Below, in pieces: positions 57,106 through 64,000 of a DNA stretch of 64,000 nucleotides. The stretch covers positions 1-64,000 of the forward strand of contig CAWGJT010000013.1 of the NCBI GenBank assembly GCA_963822965.1, in the 5' to 3' direction. The notes beneath the pieces were generated by a model, which worked only from the letters and a program-made list of their open reading frames with translations, was not told where the DNA came from and searched no databases. The stretch's first letter is position 1. The number at the start of each line of letters is the position of its first letter. The stretch comes from an uncultured delta proteobacterium. Its GTDB lineage: Bacteria > Myxococcota_A > UBA9160 > UBA4427. A program made the translations under genes and the position numbers.

Positions 57106-58083
57106 ATGCGGGCCGTCTGCTGGGATGGAAGCGTGGTGGCGGTGGGGGATCGTCCCGACCCCGAGCCCGCCCCGGGCACCGCGGTCTGTCGGGTAAACCT
57201 GGCGGGCGTCTGCAACACCGACCTCGAGATCGTCCGGGGCTACATGGGCTTCCGGGGCGTGCTCGGCCACGAGCTCGTCGGGGTGGTCGAGGAGGGTCCG
57301 CCGGAATGGCGCGGCCGTCGGGTCGTGGCCGAGATCAACTTCGCGTGCGGCCGCTGCGAAGCCTGCCGCGGGGGCCTGGGACGACACTGTCCGACCCGGC
57401 GCGTGATGGGCATCCTCGACGCGGACGGCGCCTTCGCCGAACGGGTAGCCGTTCCCGTCGCGAACCTGCACGCCGTGCCCGACGGGCTCGCCGACGAGGC
57501 CGCCGTTTTCGCCGAGCCCCTGGCGGCGGCCTTCGAGATTCTCGAGCAGCTGGCGCTCGATGCGTCGGCCTGGCGCGAGCAGCGGGCGCTGGTGCTGGGG
57601 GACGGCAAGCTCGGCCTGCTGGTCGCCCAGGTGCTGCAGCGCGCGGGCGCGCGGGTGCACGCCGTCGGCCGGCACCGGGACAAGCTCGACGTGCTGGCCG
57701 CCCGGGACATCGAGACGAGCCTGGCCGGCGACGACCGGGCCACGGCCCAGGGACGCCGCTACGACCTGTGCGTCGAGGCGACCGGCACCGCCGCGGGCTT
57801 CGAGACGGCGGTGGCCGCCACGCGGCCCCGCGGCGTGCTCGTGCTGAAGAGCACCGTGGCGGGCCGGCACGACCTCGACCTGGCGCCCCTGGTGATCGAC
57901 GAGATCCAGCTGCTGGGCTCGCGCTGCGGCCCCTTCGAGCCGGCCCTGGCGGCCCTCGCCGCCGGGGAGATCGACGTCGCCTCGCTGGTGGACGACCGGC
58001 TGCCGCTCTCCCGAGGAGAGCGCGCCCTCGCGCGGGCCGGCGAGCGCGGCACCCTCAAGGTGCTGCTGGAGTGCGCGGAGTAG
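57106..58083 (+). CDS. Zn-dependent MDR alcohol dehydrogenase
   Basis: GVCNTD, GHE, CGRCEAC..G...HC, EPLAAA, GDGKLG, GSRCGPF. Confidence 0.9.
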   Translation: MRAVCWDGSVVAVGDRPDPEPAPGTAVCRVNLAGVCNTDLEIVRGYMGFRGVLGHELVGVVEEGPPEWRGRRVVAEINFACGRCEACRGGLGRHCPTRRVMGILDADGAFAERVAVPVANLHAVPDGLADEAAVFAEPLAAAFEILEQLALDASAWREQRALVLGDGKLGLLVAQVLQRAGARVHAVGRHRDKLDVLAARDIETSLAGDDRATAQGRRYDLCVEATGTAAGFETAVAATRPRGVLVLKSTVAGRHDLDLAPLVIDEIQLLGSRCGPFEPALAALAAGEIDVASLVDDRLPLSRGERALARAGERGTLKVLLECAE

Positions 58084-58098
58084 CCACGGCGGTCCGCG

Positions 58099-58770
58099 CT
58101 ACCCGGGCGGTGCGCCCGCGTGCTCCCGGCGGCCGATGGGCTTCGCGGGCGAGCCCGCGACGATGGAGTACGGCTCGGTGTCCCGGGTCACCACGGATCC
58201 CGCGCTCACGATCGTCCCCCGGGCGACGTTCACCCCGGCCAGGATCACCGCGTTGGCGCCGATCCAGCAGTCGTCCCCGATGCTGATCGGCGCCAGCACG
58301 TGACCCTGCTCGCTGATGGGCCGGTCCGGCAGGTCGAAGCGGTGGTTGCTCGAGACGATCACCACGTTGGGACCCACCAGCACGCCGCTGCCGAACGTGA
58401 TGGGCGCCCGGGCGCTGATGAAGACGCCGGTGTTGATGGCCAGCGAGCGGCCGGCGTGGATGTTCTGGCTGTGGTCCAGGTAGGCGCCCGGATAGATGAA
58501 CGCGAACCCGTCGAGCCGGGCGAAGAGCATCCGGTAGAAGAGGGAGCGCAGGGCGATTCCCTCGAAGCCCGGCAGCCACCGCAGCAGCACGCCCACGTAC
58601 TGCTCGACGAAGAGCGTGGCGATGTCCCGGAGCGAGTGCTCGCGCCAGTAGTTCCGGATGATCGTGAGAGCGCTGGCCGGGGGGCGCGGGGGAGGCTCCG
58701 CGGCCACCGGCGGGCGGGCGCCTTCTCCGTCCTGGTGCTGTTCGTGCTCGTGACGGGCGACCGGGTCCAC
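58099..58770 (-). CDS. Left-handed beta-helix acyltransferase (maltose/galactoside O-acetyltransferase-like)
   Basis: Hexapeptide repeats, SSNH, IGDDCWIGANAVILAGV, AGSVVTRD, VAGSPAK; GTG 58770 after GAGGA. Confidence 0.85.
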   Translation of the reverse strand: MDPVARHEHEQHQDGEGARPPVAAEPPPRPPASALTIIRNYWREHSLRDIATLFVEQYVGVLLRWLPGFEGIALRSLFYRMLFARLDGFAFIYPGAYLDHSQNIHAGRSLAINTGVFISARAPITFGSGVLVGPNVVIVSSNHRFDLPDRPISEQGHVLAPISIGDDCWIGANAVILAGVNVARGTIVSAGSVVTRDTEPYSIVAGSPAKPIGRREHAGAPPG

Positions 58771-58797
58771 GCAGGCGTCCTCGAATCGAGTCGCCCA

Positions 58798-58854
58798 GTC
58801 TAGAGCCCATCTCATGAGCCCGCTCGGTCGGGGTTCGAGAGATGGGCTCTAGAC
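58798..58854. repeat. 16-bp perfect inverted repeat in a divergent promoter region
   Basis: GTCTAGAGCCCATCTC (58798-58813) / GAGATGGGCTCTAGAC (58839-58854). Confidence 0.9.
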
Positions 58855-58877
58855 CAGACGCGGCTAGAATCGCGCGG

Positions 58878-59777
58878 ATGTCCGCCGCCGAGACCGTTTC
58901 CGCCTGCACGTTGTGCGGCGGCCACCAGCGCCGCGTCCGCTTCCGGAAGCAGGGCCGCGACTTCGTCGAGTGCCGCGAGTGCGGGCTCGTCTGGATCGAG
59001 CCGTTGCCCACCCGCGAGGAGGTCGAGCAGCGCTACCGCACCGCCTACAGCGCGGGCGAGTACGCGGCCTTCGCGGGCGCCCGGGAGACCCGCGACCTCA
59101 TCGCCGCCCACCGTCTCGAGGTGGTGCGCGACCTGCTCCGCCCCGGGCGCTGGCTGGACGTGGGCTGCGCGACGGGAAGCTTCGTCCGGGCCGCGGCCGG
59201 CGCCGGCGTCGCCGCCGAAGGCCTGGACGTCTCGCGCGAGGCGGTGGAGCAGGCCCGGGCGTCGGGGCTCGTGGCCCACCACGGCCGGGTCGAGGACTTC
59301 CTTCCCACGCAGCCCTACGACGCGGTGACGGCCTTCGACGTGCTCGAGCACTCGATCGATCCCCGGGACTTCCTGGCGCGGCTGCACGGCTGGCTCCGTC
59401 CCGGCGGCAGGCTGGTGCTCACCCTGCCCGACGTGAGCAGCGTGTACCCGCGACTGCTGATGCGGCGTCACTGGTTCTACTACTGGCCCGACGAGCACCT
59501 CTTCTACTTCGACCCGAAGACGGTCACCCGGCTCCTCACCGAGGAGGGCTTCTCGGTGCGGCGGGTGACCCGCGCCTACAAGCCGCTCTCGCTCGCCTAT
59601 GCGGCACGCAACCTGGAAGCCTTCAACGCCGGGCTCGGACGCGTCGCCCGGACGGTCGTCGGCTGGCTACCGGAGCGCCTGGCCAACCATCCCTTCCGGC
59701 TCTACGTCGGCGAGATGCTCGTGGTGGCCCAGCGCACGGCCGGCGCGCGCGCCGAGACGCGAGCGGCCGCGGGATGA
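58878..59777 (+). CDS. Class I SAM-dependent methyltransferase with N-terminal Cys cluster
   Basis: CTLCG..CRECG, LDVGCATG, FDVLEH, EHLFYF. Confidence 0.85.
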   Translation: MSAAETVSACTLCGGHQRRVRFRKQGRDFVECRECGLVWIEPLPTREEVEQRYRTAYSAGEYAAFAGARETRDLIAAHRLEVVRDLLRPGRWLDVGCATGSFVRAAAGAGVAAEGLDVSREAVEQARASGLVAHHGRVEDFLPTQPYDAVTAFDVLEHSIDPRDFLARLHGWLRPGGRLVLTLPDVSSVYPRLLMRRHWFYYWPDEHLFYFDPKTVTRLLTEEGFSVRRVTRAYKPLSLAYAARNLEAFNAGLGRVARTVVGWLPERLANHPFRLYVGEMLVVAQRTAGARAETRAAAG

Positions 59778-60517
59778 GCGACGCGCCGGACTTCGCGACG
59801 GTCCAGCGCGACTACTTCGAGGAAGCGGAGGTGGACCGCTACCGCTGGGTGACGGCGGCGCCGGGCTTCGCGGAGACCGAGGCCGCGCTGCTCGAGCCCC
59901 TGCGCGACGTGCTCGCGGGCCCGCTGCTCGAGATCGGCTGCGGCGAGGGCAACAACCTGCTCCGCTTCGCGTCCCTGGGCGCCTGCACCGGGGTCGACCT
60001 GTTTCCGAAGAAGCTCGCCTTCGCGGCGCGCGAGCTGCCCGCGTGCCGCTTCGCCGCCGCCGAGGGCGGAGCGCTGCCCTTCGCGGACGCGTCCTTCCGG
60101 TCGGTCTTCGTCCGCGACCTGCTGCATCACGTCGCACGGCCCGAGGCGGTGCTCGCCGAGGTGGCGCGCGTGCTGCAGCCCGGGGGACGACTCGCCCTGC
60201 TGGAGCCGAACGGACGCAACCCGCTCATCGGGCTGCAGACGCGCCTGGTGCCCGCCGAGGCCGGCGCCCGGGACTTCTCGCCCGAACGCGTGGCCGGCTT
60301 CCTCGCCGGACTGCCCTTCGACGACGTGTCGGTGAGCGCGAGACAGCCCTTCCCCCTGCGCCGGGCGGTGCTCCACTACGAGCGGGGTCTGCCGGCCCTG
60401 GGCCGCAGCCGGCTGGCCCGCGCGCTGCTCGCCGGCGCCGAGGGCGTGGCCGGCGCGCTGCTGCCGCGCTCGCGCTGGACCTACGTGCAGATCGTCGCCC
60501 GGCGCACCGGCACCTGA
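59774..60517 (+). CDS. Type 11 SAM-dependent methyltransferase
   Basis: LEIGCGEG, LPFADASF, LHH, RVLQPGG, EPN; ATGA overlap. Confidence 0.85.
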   Translation: MSDAPDFATVQRDYFEEAEVDRYRWVTAAPGFAETEAALLEPLRDVLAGPLLEIGCGEGNNLLRFASLGACTGVDLFPKKLAFAARELPACRFAAAEGGALPFADASFRSVFVRDLLHHVARPEAVLAEVARVLQPGGRLALLEPNGRNPLIGLQTRLVPAEAGARDFSPERVAGFLAGLPFDDVSVSARQPFPLRRAVLHYERGLPALGRSRLARALLAGAEGVAGALLPRSRWTYVQIVARRTGT

Positions 60518-60527
60518 CGGCGCCGCC

Positions 60528-61580
60528 TCACTCGCTGCCGCGCAGGAAGTTGCCCATGATGCTCTGGTAGGCCTCGCAGGGCGTCCAGCACTGGGGGCAG
60601 TCGTACTCCCAGATCTCCCGCTGCAGCGCGTCCGCCTCCTGGCTGCGCCACAAGGTGCCGAGGTCGTAGTCCACCTCGCGCAGGCTGCCGAGCTTCTTGT
60701 CGTAGATCGTGCAGGGAAAGACGTTGCCCCAGGAGTCCACGAAGCACGAGGACCGCATGGCATGACAACGCATGGGCGTGCGGCCCGTCTGGAGATAGCG
60801 GCGCACCTGCCGCAGGTAGGTGCGCTCGAGATAGTCGACGGGCCCGATCCCGAAGCCGCGCAGCTCCGCGTAGGCGTCGGTGGCGCGGACGAGATCCGCC
60901 GGGTCGATCCGCTGCTTCAGGCCCAGGTCGTCGTTGTGGAGGTAGTGGCCCTCGTTCACGATGTTCACGTGGAAGTCGCGGTACTCGAGATCCGGGATCT
61001 CGCGCTTGGCGGCTGCAAAGGCGTCGGGGAAGTGGTTCACGTTGGTGGCCGACAGGGTCATGCCCAGCACCACCTCCACCCCGGAAATCTCTCGCAGGCG
61101 GCGGAAGGTCTCGAGCTGGCGCCGATAGCCGCCCTCGACGCCCCGGATGCGGTCGTTCGTGGCCTCGTCTCCGTCGGTGCTGATGGTGATGATGAGCTTC
61201 TCGGGCTTCATCTTCACGACTTCGCGCGTGTAGCGCACCACCTGGTCGGTCAGGTAGCCGTTGGTGGGGTAGTGGAGCATCAGCAGGCTCTTGCAGCTCT
61301 CCAGCAACGCCTGGGCGATGTCCACGAAGTCCTTGCGGAGGGAGATCTCGCCGCCCGTGAGGTCCACCCAGGAGAAGCGGTTCGAGCGCGCGAAGAAGGT
61401 GCGGATCTCTTCCAGGCTGAGCTCGTCCCGGGGCTTCATCTTCCAGATGTTGCACGTCTGGCACTTGTAGTTGCACCAGTAGGTGATGCAGAAGGTGAGC
61501 TTCATCGGAAAGGGCAGGCGCCCGGCGTTGGCGCGCGCCGCCCGGGCCGCGAGGGCCGCGTAGGGAAGGATGCGCGCCAC
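60528..61580 (-). CDS. Radical SAM protein with SPASM/twitch-like domain
   Basis: CNYKCQTC (CxxxCxxC), LTGGE, C..M...CFVDSWGNVFPC...CPQCWTPC. Confidence 0.9.
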   Translation of the reverse strand: MARILPYAALAARAARANAGRLPFPMKLTFCITYWCNYKCQTCNIWKMKPRDELSLEEIRTFFARSNRFSWVDLTGGEISLRKDFVDIAQALLESCKSLLMLHYPTNGYLTDQVVRYTREVVKMKPEKLIITISTDGDEATNDRIRGVEGGYRRQLETFRRLREISGVEVVLGMTLSATNVNHFPDAFAAAKREIPDLEYRDFHVNIVNEGHYLHNDDLGLKQRIDPADLVRATDAYAELRGFGIGPVDYLERTYLRQVRRYLQTGRTPMRCHAMRSSCFVDSWGNVFPCTIYDKKLGSLREVDYDLGTLWRSQEADALQREIWEYDCPQCWTPCEAYQSIMGNFLRGSE

Positions 61581-61582
61581 GC

Positions 61583-62875
61583 TCAGCCCGCCACCGCCGC
61601 TCGGGCCCGGGCCTCGTCCCCGAGATAGCGATGCTCGATGCCCTCGAGAACCTCGGCGACGGAGATCCCGCGGATGCAGACCGGGTTGCTGCAGTAGCTC
61701 ATCTTGAGGTTGTAGTTCGTGATGCAGGGGCTGCAGTAGAGATCGCCGTAGAAGATGAGGTGCTCCTCGGGGTTCATCGGACCGTACTGCAGCGGGCTCG
61801 TCGGCCCGAAGAAGGTGACCACCGGCGTGCCCACCACCGCCGACAGGTGCATCACCGAGGTGTCGTTGGAGACGGTGAGGGTTGCGCGCTGGAGGAGCGC
61901 CAGCAGCTCGCCGATGCCCAGCCGGTCGCAGGCGCTGACGGCGGTCTCGTGCTTCATGAGCGAGAGCGTCCGGCGCACCAGCTCCTGCTCCTCCTCTCCC
62001 TTCCCGGTGAAGACCACGCGGGCCCCGTAGCGCAGGACGAGCGCGTCGCAGAGCGCAGCGAACGACTCCACGGGCCAGCGCTTGAGGGGCACGTCGTAGA
62101 AGTTGGGCCCGCTGCCCACGTGGACCGCGACCAGGGGCGCGCGTTCCGATGGCTCCCCGCCGGCGGCCCCGGCACCGGGACGCTCGAAGGACTCCGCGAG
62201 GAAGCGATCCACCGCCTGGGTCTCCTCGGGCCGGGTCCGGACGCCGAAGGGCGCGGGGCTCGGGTCGAGGCCCAGGGGCTGCAGCAGCCGGGAGAAGATG
62301 CCCGACATGTGCTGGCTGTCGGTGTAGACCACGCGCGTCGTGTAGAGCCAGCCGCGCCGCTGGCCGTCGGTGTTGAACCCGATGCGTTCCGGCGCTCCGG
62401 TCAGGTAGGCCACGATCGTCGAGATCTTGATGAACTGCTCGAAGTCGATCACCAGGTCGTAGTCCCGTCGGCGCGCCGCGCGGAAGATGTTCCACAGCGA
62501 GCCCAGCACCCGGAAGATCCCGCCCAGGCGCAGCGGAATCGTTTCGTCCACGAGCCCGCAGCGCGCCACCAGGTCGCAGTTCGAGTCCAGGGTGAGCATG
62601 TCGATGCCGGCGTTCGGGTAGGCCTGCCGCAGGCGCGCCAGGACGGGCATCAGGATGGCGACGTTGCCGAGCCCGTACGTCTTGATGGTGAGGATCCGCC
62701 GGGGCGTCGGGATGGCGGGCTTGTCCGCGGTGGGCGGCGTGGTGGCGCGCATGGGCGGCAGATGCCGACCGGTGAGCCGCGCGTGCGCGTAGAGGCACGC
62801 GCAGATCACGAGCCCGCCCCAGGTGTCGAGCATCCGGGCGAAGCCCTTGTTGACGTCCTGTTCGGGCTTGGGAAT
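61583..62875 (-). CDS. GT9 (ADP-heptose:LPS heptosyltransferase-like); start ATT 62875 or ATG 62833
   Basis: RILTIK..GLGN, YDLVIDF, RIGF, KRWP, VSNDTSVMHL, FFGPT. Confidence 0.88.
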   Translation of the reverse strand: MPKPEQDVNKGFARMLDTWGGLVICACLYAHARLTGRHLPPMRATTPPTADKPAIPTPRRILTIKTYGLGNVAILMPVLARLRQAYPNAGIDMLTLDSNCDLVARCGLVDETIPLRLGGIFRVLGSLWNIFRAARRRDYDLVIDFEQFIKISTIVAYLTGAPERIGFNTDGQRRGWLYTTRVVYTDSQHMSGIFSRLLQPLGLDPSPAPFGVRTRPEETQAVDRFLAESFERPGAGAAGGEPSERAPLVAVHVGSGPNFYDVPLKRWPVESFAALCDALVLRYGARVVFTGKGEEEQELVRRTLSLMKHETAVSACDRLGIGELLALLQRATLTVSNDTSVMHLSAVVGTPVVTFFGPTSPLQYGPMNPEEHLIFYGDLYCSPCITNYNLKMSYCSNPVCIRGISVAEVLEGIEHRYLGDEARARAAVAG

Positions 62876-63071
62876 GGGGGCTCCTTCGGGCGCAGCAGTA
62901 TACCACGCGCACTCCCCCGGGATGACGACCACCCCCGGCATCGGGGACCGGCAGGACGTACGCATCACGCGCCTTCCGCGCGGCTTCCACACGCCTTCGA
63001 CACGAGGGGGCGACCCGAACGGCGGTCGGGGGCGACTCACGACGGATGGCACACGGGATATGCTTGCGCAG

Positions 63072-64000
63072 ATGAGCGCTCGCTCCTTCGGTGTCGCCGC
63101 CACGGCCATCCTGCTGCTGGCCGCGCTGCTTCGCTTCGACGCCCTGGGCAGCGGGCTCCCGAACCCGCGCACCCGGCCCGACGAGCTGCCCGTCGTCCAG
63201 GAGATGGCGCGTCCCGCCCGCGGCGACTTCGCGCTGCAGATGGTGATCTATCCCAACGCCTACGTGTACGCGAGCTGGCTGTGGGTGGAGGCGGGCCTGC
63301 GCGTCGCGCCGCTCGTCGGCGTCGAGCCGCCGGGGGGCTTCCAGAAGACGCTGCTGCTGGCGCCGGAGGACATCTTCTGGCTGGGAAGGTCCCTCTCCGC
63401 CTTCGCGGGGACCGCCGCCGTGCTGCTCGTGCTGCTCCTCGCACGACGCGAGTGGGGACGCGAGGCGGGCCTCGCAGCGGGGCTGCTGCTGGCGACCTGC
63501 TTCCTGCACGCCCGGGACAGCCACGCCCTCAAGCCCGACGCGCTCCTCTCGTTCACCGTGCTGCTCTCGCTCGCCGCCTCGGCGGCCCTGGCCGAGCGCC
63601 GCTCCGCCTCGCGGGTGGCGTGGGCCGGCGTGGCCTTCGGCCTGGCGATGGCCACGAAGTACACGGGCATCCTGATGGCGGCTCCGCTCTACGCGGCGGG
63701 CGTGATGGCGAGCCCGGCGCGGGGCTGGCGACGCGCACTGCCCTGGCCCGCCCTCGTGGCGGGCGGGGTCGGCGCGGCGGTCTTCGCGCTCACCTCGCCG
63801 CAGCTGGTCTTCCACGGGCCCCTCTTCGAGCTCATCCGCTCGATGGCCGGCATCGTGCTGCCCGGTCTCTTTCCCAACACGCCCGACGCCTCCCTGGTGG
63901 GAGCGGGGCTGCATCCCGACGCGCTGTCGGTGCCGCCCGGTGTCGACCTGGGCGCCTACGCCGATCGATCCTGGTATCACGGGCTCGTCTTCCACACGAC
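63072..64000 (+). CDS. GT39/ArnT-like (PMT_2) membrane glycosyltransferase, 3' end outside window
   Basis: Not in ORF track. MSARSFGVAATAILLLAALLRF..LGSGLP...RPDE...YP, SHALKPD, GLAMATKY. Confidence 0.8.
   Translation, partial: MSARSFGVAATAILLLAALLRFDALGSGLPNPRTRPDELPVVQEMARPARGDFALQMVIYPNAYVYASWLWVEAGLRVAPLVGVEPPGGFQKTLLLAPEDIFWLGRSLSAFAGTAAVLLVLLLARREWGREAGLAAGLLLATCFLHARDSHALKPDALLSFTVLLSLAASAALAERRSASRVAWAGVAFGLAMATKYTGILMAAPLYAAGVMASPARGWRRALPWPALVAGGVGAAVFALTSPQLVFHGPLFELIRSMAGIVLPGLFPNTPDASLVGAGLHPDALSVPPGVDLGAYADRSWYHGLVFHT

Overview
High-GC (roughly 70% by eye) bacterial DNA. The gene repertoire suggests a Myxococcota-like or other deltaproteobacterial organism (inference). It has four blocks. 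(1) 1-8.4 kb is accessory and secreted genes: a beta-helix protein, an RCC1/PKD lipoprotein, an orphan Rhs tip followed by a double aspartyl-protease-PDZ lipoprotein, and a DUF222-like HNH nuclease. (2) 8.3-28.3 kb is a cell-surface glycan decoration locus with two fatty acyl-AMP ligase + ACP pairs, two MBOATs, three SGNH proteins, YfhO/GT-C and GT2 glycosyltransferases. It also holds an unannotated 57-aa DltX-like microprotein ending FIYQEF, so it looks like a Dlt-type acyl relay fed by FAALs. (3) 28.4-43.0 kb is mostly small minus-strand genes. Its right end is an integrase-less integron cassette array: an attI-like site, four attC sites, a toxin-antitoxin cassette and an IS110-like stump joined to one attC. 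Decayed attC-like traces lie further left. (4) 43.4-64 kb is a second envelope-modification block: sulfatase-like and phosphodiesterase-like lipoproteins, GT2, GT-C, GT9, GT39, methyltransferases, an SGNH protein, an ankyrin protein, an HpnN-like MMPL transporter and a radical SAM enzyme. Several single-base frameshifts in short G/C runs look like sequencing errors. No rRNA, tRNA or CRISPR array was seen. All family calls are from motif recognition, not database searches.
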